Shown here: one piece after another, positions 19,219 through 30,180 of the stretch
How the letters are laid out: each line of letters starts with the position of its first letter
Numbering within the stretch: position 1 is the first letter of the stretch
Source: a virus
Lineage: Duplodnaviria > Caudoviricetes
Virus record (IMG/VR): IMGVR_UViG_3300009768_000006
Coordinates: 1 to 64,000 of that record
Length of the DNA stretch: 64,000 bases
Strand: one strand, 5' to 3'
Made by a program: the position numbers and the translations under genes
Notes under the pieces: model-generated
Seen by the model: only the letters and a program-made list of their open reading frames with translations
Told to the model about the DNA's origin: nothing
Database searches by the model: none

Positions 19219-21849
19219 ATGGAGTTTGGCAAGAAAGAACTAAATTGGGGATCTTATCAAGATAAGCAGCTTAAGGCATTAGAGTCTATAAGTCAAACTT
19301 TAGATCTGAATGTCCGTACTAGTGCTATAGTTCGAGACAATCTACTAGATATAGCTACATCTTTGAATAGCTTAGCTAAAGCTTTTGGTAAAGATTTCAA
19401 TCCTAATATAACTAATGCAGGTAAAAGTCTACTAGGAATCACTAATAGCTATGCCAATGCTGTGAAAGGTCATATAGTATTAGCGAATAGTTATGGAGCT
19501 ATAATAGAAGATCTTACAGAAGCTAAACAGAAAGAATTAAAAGCTATACAAGATGCAGAAGATGCTAAGAAGAAACAAGCAGAAGATGACAAACTTAGAC
19601 GAGAAGCTGCTATCAAAAATCTTCAATTGTTAGAGTCCAAGATATCTAACTTTGGTATATATTATCTAAGACAATTAGGTAGAAGTACTGAGAAATATTC
19701 AGACTTATCCGATACATTAATGAAATCTACAGGAGCCAGCAGATATGATGTAGATGAATTAAGAAATACCATAGCTAATAGTATAGTCAAACAACTTAAT
19801 GCTGATACTAGGAATTTCTTCAATAGTCAAGAAGCTTATTCTACTATGGTAACTATAGCAGGCCAAGTAGGATTAGGTAATGTAGAAGCTATAGAAAAGT
19901 TAGCTAGGCCTATACTGATAGCTAGTGAATCCACTGATATGAATATAGGTCAGCTATCTAAATTATTGAATAAGTGGAGTATAAGATCTAATATGTCCTC
20001 AGTAACTATGGAGATATTAGTAGATCAGATTCGAAATTCCACTTCCAATAACATGGCTACTACTGCATCTGTCCTAAGCAATATAGAGACTTTAGAGAAA
20101 TGGATTACTAAGTACTCAGCAGGGAATGATGAAGTACTCTTAGCTATGACTCAATCTATCTCTGATAGTTCAGCATGGATAGAATCTATGGGATTATCCA
20201 GTGATAGATACACGAGTTATATAGATGAAATAATCAAAGGTAATGCTTATCAAGATACTCAGTTGCTAACTTTACTGAATGAAGTAGGATTGACTGTAGC
20301 TGAAGCTCAGGATATAGCTAGATCTACAGACATAGGATCATTGTATGAATACTTATTTGAAGCTGAAGCTAGTCTGCTATCAGAATGGGAGAAGAACTCT
20401 GATAGGCTACTAGGTATAATAGCTAAAGAGTATTCTATGAATATAGATGATATGGAGATGATAGCTCAAGCAGCATCATCTAGTAATTATAAGACTAGAG
20501 ATCAATTCATATCTGGTATAGATAGAACTGTCAAAGCTACTGATACTATTGCTGAACAATTCACTACGGTAGAAGAAAGAATATCTAATCAACTATCAGG
20601 TATAGCAGCTACTGTAGCAGATATATCTGAAACTTTAGGTATAGGCTTGTCTGATATAGCAGGAGCATGGCTATTATCCAGATCTGCTGTAGATATCATA
20701 ACTAATATATCTAAGATATCAGGGAAGAATTTTACTCTACTAGACATGATCGCGGCAGCGTTTGGTATAAAAGGAACTACTGCTACTGTTGCAGGAGGTA
20801 CTGCAGTGGCAGGTGGTGGATCAGCAGCTGCAGGAGTATTAGGATCTTTAGGATCATTAGCAGCTATATTAGCAGCAGTATTAGGAGTAGCTAATAGTAT
20901 CTATGATATAATAGAAGAGAAACAATCAAGAGATAGAGAAAGTTACAATAGGACTGTAGATTCTGCTGGTAATATAGTAGAAGGGCAAGGAGTAGGTGTA
21001 GAAAAGACTGTATCTGTAGATAGTAAAGGTAATGTAACTACTTCTTATAGAATGGTAGCTAAAGATAAATCTACTATAGATACTAATGCAGATAAGGCAA
21101 TAATGAAAGAGCAGTATGAAAAAGATATGAAGGATTATAAGACTGAGTGGGATAATCCTTTAACTTATCTAGGGATGATAACAGGAACAGGAGGAGAGTA
21201 TGATAAATGGTACAAATTCATACCATTTATAGGTAATGCTATTCAAAATATGGAGAATGAAATTGGAAGGATGGGAACTTCATCTAATTATAATAAAGAG
21301 CTTGCCTATTATGATAAGATTAATAATTTTACATCTGATGAACTCAGGCTTTACACAGCTTATAGATCACAAGGGCTCATAAATGATGTAAAAAAGAGAG
21401 AGTTCCTACTAGACAATTGGGATAAATTCTATGCTCTTAACACTATGGATCCTCCTATGGCCGCTGAGATATCGAAGAAAGGATTGAAAACTCCTATAGA
21501 TAGACTAGGATTGTTAGGTTACAAGAAAGGTACGAACTACATAACTGAAGATAGTGTCGTAGTAGTACATGAAGGTGAGAGTATTACTCCTAAGCAATAC
21601 AATCCTAGTGCCAATAAGAATGAACTAGAAGTCCTTAGAGATAGGTATAGCAGAGATATGGAGAAAGATAATAAATCTGCTAATGAAATGAAGCAGCTTA
21701 TGAATGATGCAATAGTCACTATGAAGAGTATACAAGAATTCCTAGTATACTGGCAAGAAGATAATAATACTAGAGAAGATAGGAAGTTAGCTATGTCTAG
21801 ATATGAAAGTATATCTAACAAAGTAGCTGCCTATATGTCTGGAGGTTAA
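19219..21849 (+). CDS. Tape measure protein
   Basis: Long helical protein with an Ala/Gly-rich hydrophobic segment and the C-terminal G..Y......VHEGE.I.P motif; canonical position. Confidence 0.85.
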   Translation: MEFGKKELNWGSYQDKQLKALESISQTLDLNVRTSAIVRDNLLDIATSLNSLAKAFGKDFNPNITNAGKSLLGITNSYANAVKGHIVLANSYGAIIEDLTEAKQKELKAIQDAEDAKKKQAEDDKLRREAAIKNLQLLESKISNFGIYYLRQLGRSTEKYSDLSDTLMKSTGASRYDVDELRNTIANSIVKQLNADTRNFFNSQEAYSTMVTIAGQVGLGNVEAIEKLARPILIASESTDMNIGQLSKLLNKWSIRSNMSSVTMEILVDQIRNSTSNNMATTASVLSNIETLEKWITKYSAGNDEVLLAMTQSISDSSAWIESMGLSSDRYTSYIDEIIKGNAYQDTQLLTLLNEVGLTVAEAQDIARSTDIGSLYEYLFEAEASLLSEWEKNSDRLLGIIAKEYSMNIDDMEMIAQAASSSNYKTRDQFISGIDRTVKATDTIAEQFTTVEERISNQLSGIAATVADISETLGIGLSDIAGAWLLSRSAVDIITNISKISGKNFTLLDMIAAAFGIKGTTATVAGGTAVAGGGSAAAGVLGSLGSLAAILAAVLGVANSIYDIIEEKQSRDRESYNRTVDSAGNIVEGQGVGVEKTVSVDSKGNVTTSYRMVAKDKSTIDTNADKAIMKEQYEKDMKDYKTEWDNPLTYLGMITGTGGEYDKWYKFIPFIGNAIQNMENEIGRMGTSSNYNKELAYYDKINNFTSDELRLYTAYRSQGLINDVKKREFLLDNWDKFYALNTMDPPMAAEISKKGLKTPIDRLGLLGYKKGTNYITEDSVVVVHEGESITPKQYNPSANKNELEVLRDRYSRDMEKDNKSANEMKQLMNDAIVTMKSIQEFLVYWQEDNNTREDRKLAMSRYESISNKVAAYMSGG

Positions 21850-21851
21850 CT

Positions 21852-23660
21852 ATGGCTCTATATATAAAAGTACTTAGAGGAGCTACTAATGTCATAGAAA
21901 CTCTAGAGATAGAAACATATATAAAAGGAGTAGTAGCAGGTGAGGTGCCTAGTACATGGAGAGCTGAAGCTCTTAAAGCTCAGGCTATAGCCTCTAGAAC
22001 ATATGCTTGTGCTAAGATAACAGCTAATTCTAATAAATCCTATCACATAGCGGATAATAGTAACGAGATGGCTTATGTACCTAACAATATATCTAGCAAT
22101 GTAGCTAGCGCTGTGGAAAGTACAGCAGGTAAAGTGCTTACATACACAGGATCTGTGCTAGATACTTGTGTCTACAGTGCTAGCAATGGAGGATACACAG
22201 TTGATGCTGGCGATGTGTGGGTATCTAGTAGGCCTTATTTGGTTGCGAAATATGATCCTTACGACTCTGCGGCAAATGGTCAAGCAGGCTACTCAGGCAA
22301 GAATGGCCATGGTGTAGGCATGAGCCAGTGGGGAGCAGAAATGGCTGCGAGGCAAGGACTATCTTCATCAGCAATACTAAACTTCTATTATCCTGGTACT
22401 ACTATAGTCAGTAATTACAATGGACTATATAACTCTAGTAGCAGTACATCTACAGGTAATGTTGGTACACCTGTTACTGAAGGTAGACCTGCTACTAATA
22501 TAGGAGCTACCATAGTAGCTATAGCCAGGAGCAAAATAGGTACGCCATATAGCATGGATACAGATAAAAGATTAGGACCTGCTTATTTTGATTGTTCTGG
22601 CTTATGCTTGTATTGTTATGAAACAGCAGGTGTTCCTCTAGAAGGAGGTAATACTGTAAGTATCTATGATAGTTATGTGAATAGATGCCAGAATGTATCA
22701 GCTGATGCTACTAAAGCAGGAGATTTAATATTCTACCAAAATACTAGTCAGAATTTAGCATCTATGAGACCTGGTAATCCTATAACTCACATGGCTATAG
22801 CTAATGGATCAGGAGGTAAAATCCATGCTAGTAGCTCAAGAGGAGTCGTAGAAGAATCTAATCTACTAGCTTATAGCTATCTTACTAATGCTCAAGACAA
22901 TAAACCATTCGCTATATTAAGAGTATTATCAGATTCTGAAACTACAGGAGTATCTTCTCCTGCTGGATTTGTAGAGGATTATGTAAGCAATAGTGATGTT
23001 TACAGTAGCACAAATCTATCAGGAACTGTTGGATCTCTATATGAAGATAGGTATGCTGAGGATATTACTGCTAACTTATCTAGAGTAGAAGCAGCTGGAT
23101 ATGATTATGGATATCTTATAGATCTAGCTAATGGTGGAGAGTTTAGATTCCCTATACCTGAATTCAGTGAAGGTGTAAATGCTAACTGGTCAGATATAAG
23201 TATATTAGGTAGATCTGTATCAGTTAAAAGCTATGAGAGTACAAGCTCTAGATCTATAACTGTAGATTTAGACTTGTATGCAGGAGAGGGATTATATAAG
23301 AAAGTATCAGAGGATATAGTAGGAGATATGTATAAAGATATATACTTTGTAAAGTCTCTAGAATATCCTGATTACAGTGATGCAGCTATTCTGCCTCCTC
23401 CTAATGTGCAGCTCATCATGGGTCCTCATATATGCATAGAAGGTGTAATAACTAATGTGAACATAAATTATCTTAAGCCTATGGATACTCAGAAGAGATC
23501 TATGTATGTCAAATTATCTTTCACAATAGTAGAAATAGCTACTAATCCTCCAGATCTCTATGATATAAGAAATACTAGCATAGGCATATCCAGCAATGCT
23601 AACAAAGAAGCCTATAATAGAGGTGGTAGCAGCTCTGGATATAAGTATTATAATTACTAA
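21852..23660 (+). CDS. Tail-associated peptidoglycan hydrolase: SpoIID/LytB domain + NlpC/P60 domain + C-terminal baseplate tube-initiator-like domain
   Basis: YIKGVVAGE...EALKAQAIASRTY and GHGVGMSQWGA...ILNFYYPG (SpoIID); GTPY...FDCSGL...GDLIFY...HMAI (NlpC/P60); W....ILGRS and LEYP (baseplate). Confidence 0.85.
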   Translation: MALYIKVLRGATNVIETLEIETYIKGVVAGEVPSTWRAEALKAQAIASRTYACAKITANSNKSYHIADNSNEMAYVPNNISSNVASAVESTAGKVLTYTGSVLDTCVYSASNGGYTVDAGDVWVSSRPYLVAKYDPYDSAANGQAGYSGKNGHGVGMSQWGAEMAARQGLSSSAILNFYYPGTTIVSNYNGLYNSSSSTSTGNVGTPVTEGRPATNIGATIVAIARSKIGTPYSMDTDKRLGPAYFDCSGLCLYCYETAGVPLEGGNTVSIYDSYVNRCQNVSADATKAGDLIFYQNTSQNLASMRPGNPITHMAIANGSGGKIHASSSRGVVEESNLLAYSYLTNAQDNKPFAILRVLSDSETTGVSSPAGFVEDYVSNSDVYSSTNLSGTVGSLYEDRYAEDITANLSRVEAAGYDYGYLIDLANGGEFRFPIPEFSEGVNANWSDISILGRSVSVKSYESTSSRSITVDLDLYAGEGLYKKVSEDIVGDMYKDIYFVKSLEYPDYSDAAILPPPNVQLIMGPHICIEGVITNVNINYLKPMDTQKRSMYVKLSFTIVEIATNPPDLYDIRNTSIGISSNANKEAYNRGGSSSGYKYYNY

Positions 23661-23665
23661 AGGAG

Positions 23666-24019
23666 GTGTCTATTATTAGCGAATTCTATAATATAAAAGA
23701 TGTAGTAGATACTGATAGATCAAATAGATATAGAAATTGTAAGATATTAAGTGACAAGATTACTAATGAATCCTTCTTATCTACCAGAGAAATAATCGAT
23801 ATACCTATATCTAGTAATGATATCTATCATGAGATTAAGACTAATGAAAGTACTAGGTTGGATATTCTGGCAAATATATATTATAGGAATCCTCTATTAT
23901 GGTGGGTAATAGCTCAAGCTAATAATATATACAATCCTATACTACCTATAAGACCTGGTACCATAGTAAGAATACCTGCCTTAGATACTCTTTACGGATA
24001 TAATGGTGTGCTACTATGA
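23666..24019 (+). CDS. LysM-type baseplate wedge protein (gp53-like)
   Basis: RLDILANIYY.NP.LWWVIA.AN...P....PG..VRIP. Confidence 0.85.
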   Translation: MSIISEFYNIKDVVDTDRSNRYRNCKILSDKITNESFLSTREIIDIPISSNDIYHEIKTNESTRLDILANIYYRNPLLWWVIAQANNIYNPILPIRPGTIVRIPALDTLYGYNGVLL

Positions 24020-24030
24020 GGATAATATAG

Positions 24031-25251
24031 ATGGAAAGAGTATATAATAGGAGAGTATTACATACAACTCCTCAAGCATCTAAGCCTTTCATGAAAATAT
24101 GGATAGGTGATAGATTACTATCTTATACTATGGACAATGATAGGAAAGTTCATACACCTAACATATACCAGAATTTAACTCTTACTAGACTAGAGGATGC
24201 AGGTAGTAGATTAGGATTATCTCTTTATGACAGAGAATGGGAAACTATAGAATCCGATCTCTCTAAGAATTATAACAATACTAGAGTTCAGTATGGATTC
24301 GTAGATGGTGCAGTGTCTCCTATATACAAGATGATAATGCTTAACTATAACATAGACTATAGAATGAGCGGTATAATCTTAACTACTAATGGTATGTCTA
24401 CAGGAGCTGTAGATAATCTAGAGGATATAGATATAGATACAGGAGGTACACTAAATCCTACAGAAGCTGTTAAAAGTATATGTAAGAGTATGGGTTGGAA
24501 AGTAGTAGATAGTAATTTTGATAGCTCTTCTGATGCTGTACTAACTACTACTGATAGCTTCGATACTATACAAGAGAATCCTATAAAATATATAAAAGAG
24601 TATATTATCCCTAACATACCTGGTGATGATAACTATTACTTCTATTTAGATGATAGCACTGATCCTCCTACAGCCTACTTTAAGAAATACACATACAATA
24701 ATACCGAAGCTACCAAAACCTACGTCTACATGAGAGGATATGATACTCCAGTATTAAGTTTATCTATGGATGTAAATGGATTATTAGGAGGGATGGAACT
24801 AACTCCTGTAACTAATATGATTAGTGGAGTAATAGATCCTTATACTAAAGAGCAATCCACTGTTACTCAAGATATAGATGCTGTACGAACTACTGTTACA
24901 GGTACCTATAGTCACACTCCTAAGTATGTAGCAGATGCTAAGTATAATTCAGTAGGATACAATAAAGCTCAGACTAATACTATCCTTAAATATAGTATGA
25001 AAAGGACTAGTGATAGGATATATACAGGTAACATGACTATAGTAGGAGATCCTACGATGAAAATGCTAGATACTATTAGGATTATAGTTATAACAGATAA
25101 AGGAAATCTACACCATACTTCTGGATTGTATATAGTAACAGGTATAACTGATAATGTGTCAAGTACATTTACTACTACATTGAAATTTATACGTAACGGA
25201 GATATAGAGACAGGGATAGAGCTCGTGAATTATAGGAACCTTGTTAGATAG
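24031..25251 (+). CDS. Baseplate hub protein (gp27/gpD-like)
   Basis: C-terminal IVGDP...SGLYIVTGITD...FTTTL; synteny. Confidence 0.75.
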   Translation: MERVYNRRVLHTTPQASKPFMKIWIGDRLLSYTMDNDRKVHTPNIYQNLTLTRLEDAGSRLGLSLYDREWETIESDLSKNYNNTRVQYGFVDGAVSPIYKMIMLNYNIDYRMSGIILTTNGMSTGAVDNLEDIDIDTGGTLNPTEAVKSICKSMGWKVVDSNFDSSSDAVLTTTDSFDTIQENPIKYIKEYIIPNIPGDDNYYFYLDDSTDPPTAYFKKYTYNNTEATKTYVYMRGYDTPVLSLSMDVNGLLGGMELTPVTNMISGVIDPYTKEQSTVTQDIDAVRTTVTGTYSHTPKYVADAKYNSVGYNKAQTNTILKYSMKRTSDRIYTGNMTIVGDPTMKMLDTIRIIVITDKGNLHHTSGLYIVTGITDNVSSTFTTTLKFIRNGDIETGIELVNYRNLVR

Positions 25252-25885
25252 GAGTACTATGTATAACAGTATATATAAAGGTATTATCAAATTAATAGAT
25301 GACCCTATGAATTTAGGTAGGTGCAAGGTGCAGATTCCTGCTATACATACGCTAAATTCTATAGATGTAAATGCTCTACCATGGGCTAGACCTATAGCTC
25401 CTAATGTGGTGAATAGTAATCGAAGTGCTTATAATCTACCAGATTTAGAAGACATAGTATGGGTATTATTCGAAGGTGGAGATATTAGATGTCCTCTATA
25501 TATAGGAGGTACATATGCTACTTCAGATATTGTTATAGATGATAAATTAGTAGTATTATATGTTGAAGGAGAGAATATAATACTATACAACAGAGAAGAA
25601 GAATTATATATGATAAGAATTAATGAAGTATATATAGAAGTTAACAAAGATAAAATAAAACTTATCGGCAATACCTACATAAGTGAGAACTTAGAAGTAG
25701 AGAAGAATGTGTCTATAAAAGGATCTTTAAAAGTACATGGTAATACTGAGTTAGATAAGAATCTTCTTGTACATGGTAATATATTAGTAGAAGGAGCTAT
25801 AGAAGCTGCTAATATGATTGTTAGAGGAAATACTACATTGAACAATGTTACAATAAATGGAGAAATCACAGGTTTACCTGAATAA
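25241..25885 (+). CDS. Baseplate spike (gp5/VgrG OB-fold, gpV-like); start probably ATG 25259
   Basis: DDP..LGR.KV.IP, LPWA.P, P...D.VWV.FEGGD...P...G, then beta-helix repeats. Confidence 0.88.
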   Translation: MLDRSTMYNSIYKGIIKLIDDPMNLGRCKVQIPAIHTLNSIDVNALPWARPIAPNVVNSNRSAYNLPDLEDIVWVLFEGGDIRCPLYIGGTYATSDIVIDDKLVVLYVEGENIILYNREEELYMIRINEVYIEVNKDKIKLIGNTYISENLEVEKNVSIKGSLKVHGNTELDKNLLVHGNILVEGAIEAANMIVRGNTTLNNVTINGEITGLPE

Positions 25886-25897
25886 GTAGGTGAATAT

Positions 25898-26320
25898 ATG
25901 AACGATAATAATATCACTAGGATTATAGGATCTGGTATAAGATTTCCTATAGTCCCTAACAACAATAAAGGAGTAGCTACGTCTATATATTTAGACAGGA
26001 TAAATCAGAGTCTATCTATATTATTCAGCACTCCTAAGGGATCTAGATTAATGCTACCTGATTTCGGATCAGATATATATAAGTACAGATTCGATCCGTT
26101 AGATAGAGTACTTATGGAGAAATTAAGATACACTATCACTGAGGACATTAGACGATGGGAGCCTAGGATAAGATTAAATAGCGTAGAATTTCTTACTGAT
26201 GACCATTTCATAGAGAACAGTACTTTATACATCTCTATATATTATAGTATATTGAATACTCCTGTAACTGGCAACTATGTCTATCCTTATAGATTAGTTA
26301 GCTATCCTACGAATATATGA
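25898..26320 (+). CDS. Baseplate wedge/sheath initiator (gp25/GPW family)
   Basis: I.QS..IL.T..GSR.MLPDFGS...WEPRI. Confidence 0.92.
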   Translation: MNDNNITRIIGSGIRFPIVPNNNKGVATSIYLDRINQSLSILFSTPKGSRLMLPDFGSDIYKYRFDPLDRVLMEKLRYTITEDIRRWEPRIRLNSVEFLTDDHFIENSTLYISIYYSILNTPVTGNYVYPYRLVSYPTNI

Positions 26321-26324
26321 AGAG

Positions 26325-27767
26325 GTGATGACTATGTCAAATAATCCTATATTTAGCTTCACTAGGAGAGATTATGAAGGATTAAGAGTAGAAGGTCTAT
26401 CAAAGATACCTATAAGAAGTAAAGGTATATGGACTGATCTGAATGCTACTGATCCAGGTATTATACTATTAGATTATGTACATGCTCTAGTAGATATGAT
26501 ACAATTTTATCAGGATCATCAAGCATTAGAAGCATTTATAAGTACTGCTAAAGAAAGAGAAAATCTATTCAGATTAGCGAAGCAACTATCTTATAAAGTA
26601 AGATCATCTAAAGGATCATTGGCTACAGTGAAATTTACTAGCAAATCTGCCTATAGCTATGCTATAAAGATTCCTAGATATACGAAGCTGACTAGTAAGA
26701 ATAATATACCTTATCTTACTATAGAGGATACATATCTAGCTCCTAACACTACTATGGTTGATGTAAAATGTATGCAAGGAGAAGTTAGAAGTACAGTTTA
26801 TCACGGTACTGCTATAACTAGATATTCTGACGTAGAGAACGCTGTTAATCAATCCATCACTCTCACAGATAAGAATATAGACACTACTACTATAGAGATT
26901 AAAGATAATAATAATCAAGTATGGAATCAGTTGGAATATATAATATTCAGTGATAGCAATACGAAAGCATATGAAGTAGTGCTGAATCATGATGATACCG
27001 TAACTATTAATTTCGGAGATGGAGAAAGAGGTATTGCTCCTAGTATAGCTGATACTTTGATTATATCTTATGTAGTCAATCTAGCTTCAGAAGGTAGAGT
27101 AGGAGTAGGAGATTTATCTAAACTATCAAGTCCTATATATGACAAACGAGGGAATATAGTAGAGTTTACGCTATATAATATCAACATTAGCTCTGGAGGT
27201 ATAGAGTCAGAATCCAGCTCAGAGATACGATACAGAGCTCCAGGCATCATTAAATCACAAGATAGAGCAGTAACTATAAATGATTACAAATACTTAGCAG
27301 AATCTATAGATGGAGTAAGCCATGCTGTAGTATATGATATAAATAATGCTCCAGACCTATGCTTACATCATGAAGTAAAAGTTATCATAGTACCTGATAA
27401 TATTGTCTCTGATGAGGAAACTTTGATACAAGTAGTGTATAATTATCTATATCAACGAATGATACCTCCTACTAATCTACAAGCTATAGTACCAGCGAAG
27501 ATACCTATTAATATACATGTTAGAGTTAAAGTTATGAGTAATCTGCCTGAAGGAGGTATAGATTACTCAATCAGAGAATCACTATATAAATTCTTTAATA
27601 ATCGTAAATCTAATATAGGTGAATCAATCTATCCATCGGAAATATCCTCTGTGATAACTAATGTAGCAGGAGTAAGATATATAATATCTATGACACCTAC
27701 AGATGTTGTTCATATGAGTTCACTATCTATAGCTACCTTAGGAGACGTTATTATAGAAATCGAATAA
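26325..27767 (+). CDS. Baseplate wedge protein (gp6/gpJ-like)
   Basis: RDY, WTD.N.TDPG..L, FGDG..G..P, GG...ES and QDRAVT..DY. Confidence 0.9.
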   Translation: MMTMSNNPIFSFTRRDYEGLRVEGLSKIPIRSKGIWTDLNATDPGIILLDYVHALVDMIQFYQDHQALEAFISTAKERENLFRLAKQLSYKVRSSKGSLATVKFTSKSAYSYAIKIPRYTKLTSKNNIPYLTIEDTYLAPNTTMVDVKCMQGEVRSTVYHGTAITRYSDVENAVNQSITLTDKNIDTTTIEIKDNNNQVWNQLEYIIFSDSNTKAYEVVLNHDDTVTINFGDGERGIAPSIADTLIISYVVNLASEGRVGVGDLSKLSSPIYDKRGNIVEFTLYNINISSGGIESESSSEIRYRAPGIIKSQDRAVTINDYKYLAESIDGVSHAVVYDINNAPDLCLHHEVKVIIVPDNIVSDEETLIQVVYNYLYQRMIPPTNLQAIVPAKIPINIHVRVKVMSNLPEGGIDYSIRESLYKFFNNRKSNIGESIYPSEISSVITNVAGVRYIISMTPTDVVHMSSLSIATLGDVIIEIE

Positions 27768-27776
27768 GGAGATAAT

Positions 27777-28793
27777 ATGAGTACTATAAGAAATTATATA
27801 AGAGATAATCTATTAGCTCCTCTTAAGCAGTATCCTACAGTAATACAAGATACTATGCTAAATAATATAGCTGATAGATTAGAGCAACTCTATGACTATA
27901 CACTATTATTACCTAGCATAGTATCACCTAATAAGAATAGGCTAGATATAATAAAAGCTATAGCAGATCAATTTCTATTTACAGTTAGGAATGATGGGTC
28001 TATAGAAGAACAGGTAGATATATTAACAAATATACTAGTAGTTTACAGCAAACGAGGATCTATAGATACTATAGAAAACATGTGGCAATACTATGGAGGT
28101 AAATTACCTAAAGACGTACAAGTAATCATACCTTCATATGAATTATTTAGATATAGTATATCTAAATTCTCTGGTACTCATAGATATCAAGATAATGAAA
28201 CTTACAGACCTGGAGTCTATGAGATAAAACTAGTAAATAATACTTATCCTATATCAGATTTAAAGAAATTTCTACTAGAGGAATTAGTAGCCGCTGGTAA
28301 CTATATATACTTCACTAACTCTGCTCATATAAGCATACTAGGAGATAATGATACTCATTATAAGTATAATGTTGATCGAGAAATAATGAAAGAAATCAGA
28401 ATAGCTATACTAAAACAGTACCAAGGATTTACGTACAGTGGCCACAATCAATTAAGTAGAAAGTCAGAAGATTCTGCTTGGTCAGGTAGAGCTTCATTAT
28501 TCTTAGAATTGACTATATCACTATTGTTAGGTACTATAGATTTCTTAGGTTTTAATGCATATGATGATGAAGGATTCATAGTAACTTATATGAATTCTAT
28601 ATCCGATATACTTTATAGGATTGTTCCTTACACTCAAACAGATATAATTAAGCAGTATTATTTGTACTGTACTGACTTCGGAAATAACGTATATATATCC
28701 AGGGACTTATATGATGCGGAGGGGAACCTCGTTACATCGCCATACCCAGGATATTTTGTACTTAACTATTCTCTTCTAGGTAGGGAGGTTTAA
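27777..28793 (+). CDS. Baseplate wedge protein (gp7/gpI-like)
   Basis: Follows the gpJ-like gene; Y..RGS...IE and AAG motifs. Confidence 0.6.
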   Translation: MSTIRNYIRDNLLAPLKQYPTVIQDTMLNNIADRLEQLYDYTLLLPSIVSPNKNRLDIIKAIADQFLFTVRNDGSIEEQVDILTNILVVYSKRGSIDTIENMWQYYGGKLPKDVQVIIPSYELFRYSISKFSGTHRYQDNETYRPGVYEIKLVNNTYPISDLKKFLLEELVAAGNYIYFTNSAHISILGDNDTHYKYNVDREIMKEIRIAILKQYQGFTYSGHNQLSRKSEDSAWSGRASLFLELTISLLLGTIDFLGFNAYDDEGFIVTYMNSISDILYRIVPYTQTDIIKQYYLYCTDFGNNVYISRDLYDAEGNLVTSPYPGYFVLNYSLLGREV

Positions 28794-28795
28794 TA

Positions 28796-30178
28796 GTGAT
28801 AATAGGTAATAGGCATAGTATAAATAAATTATATGCTGCTATAGTAAACTCAGATGGATTACCATTACCTGCGTCAGATATAATTGAGACAGCAGATACT
28901 ATCAGGACTAAAAATGCTCTGCTATATAATCAATTATTAGGATCAGGAGTATTAAATCAACCTACATTAAGTATATCTGGAACTGGTGTATCCGTAGCAA
29001 GTCCTATATATCTACATGTAGACGGAGAAATGGTAATCATACAACCATCCACTGGATTAAATCTAGTAAATAAAGCTACTTTAGATGCTGTTGGTACAGC
29101 TGATGTAGTAGTATGGGCTTTAATATGGTATCAGCATCTAACTACTACTAGCACTCTTAGAGAGTATGGAGGAGTTAATAATACTATACTAACTAATGAT
29201 ATACTTCATCCTACATTAGGTATGCAAGCATCTTCAAGATATCAATTAAGGTGGGATATAGTAGCTACATCTAAAGCTAACTATGAATCTGCTAATAGTA
29301 TATCTGTTACAGTTCCTATAAGGGATGCCACAGGATTAGCTACAGGATCTACTGTAGCAGTTAGCACTATAAGTAAATCTGGGACTATGAGACGTACAAA
29401 TATTCCTTCGTTCATGTCAGGATTCACTGCAGATAATCCATATCTTATTCCATTAGCTCATATCACAAGAAATACATCTACTCAAGCGATTACTGGAGCA
29501 TCTATGCACGGGATAGTAATTCCTGTAAGTCTACAATATAATTGGAATGGTACTCAATTAGGTATCAAAAGAGCAGATGAAGCTTCTTATGTATATGTAG
29601 ATTTAAAAGGTGCTACCGGTACAGCCGGCACTAATGGATTATCTGTTGAATTAAGATTGTATAATGGATACATACAATGGAGACAGACTGGAGGTACATG
29701 GGCTAACTTAGTACCATTAACAGATATAACTGGTACTGATGGACTTCCTGGAGCTAAAGGTGATAAAGGTGACACAGGTCCTACAGGTCCAGGAATAGCA
29801 GCAGGTGGCGTAGCAGGTCAGATGCTTATGAAAAGCAGTAGCACTGATTACGCTACTACGTGGTCTTATCCTCATGCTAGTGTAGTAAATGTAACTACCA
29901 ATACTACATTATCATTGACTCATATGAATTGTATGCTAGTAGTGAATAGTTCTAGTAATCTAACTATTACAGTTCCTCAGAATACTAGCGTAGCATTTCC
30001 TATAGGTACTGAATTAGAAGTCTATAGAGCAGGATCAGGTACAGTAACTTTCAATGGACAAACTAATGTGGTATTGAATGCTAGGACTACTCCTAAGGCT
30101 ATAGCTAACCAGTATAGTTCTGTAGTACTGAAGAAACTAGACACTAATACGTGGGCTCTCGTAGGAGATATAGGATAA
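28796..30178 (+). CDS. Tail fibre protein with a short collagen-like segment
   Basis: G-X-Y run GLPGAKGDKGDTGPTGPG; GG.AGQ.L.K.S..DY...W linker; C-terminal T.TVP...FPIGT...W.L.GD domain. Confidence 0.75.
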   Translation: MIIGNRHSINKLYAAIVNSDGLPLPASDIIETADTIRTKNALLYNQLLGSGVLNQPTLSISGTGVSVASPIYLHVDGEMVIIQPSTGLNLVNKATLDAVGTADVVVWALIWYQHLTTTSTLREYGGVNNTILTNDILHPTLGMQASSRYQLRWDIVATSKANYESANSISVTVPIRDATGLATGSTVAVSTISKSGTMRRTNIPSFMSGFTADNPYLIPLAHITRNTSTQAITGASMHGIVIPVSLQYNWNGTQLGIKRADEASYVYVDLKGATGTAGTNGLSVELRLYNGYIQWRQTGGTWANLVPLTDITGTDGLPGAKGDKGDTGPTGPGIAAGGVAGQMLMKSSSTDYATTWSYPHASVVNVTTNTTLSLTHMNCMLVVNSSSNLTITVPQNTSVAFPIGTELEVYRAGSGTVTFNGQTNVVLNARTTPKAIANQYSSVVLKKLDTNTWALVGDIG

Positions 30179-30180
30179 TT

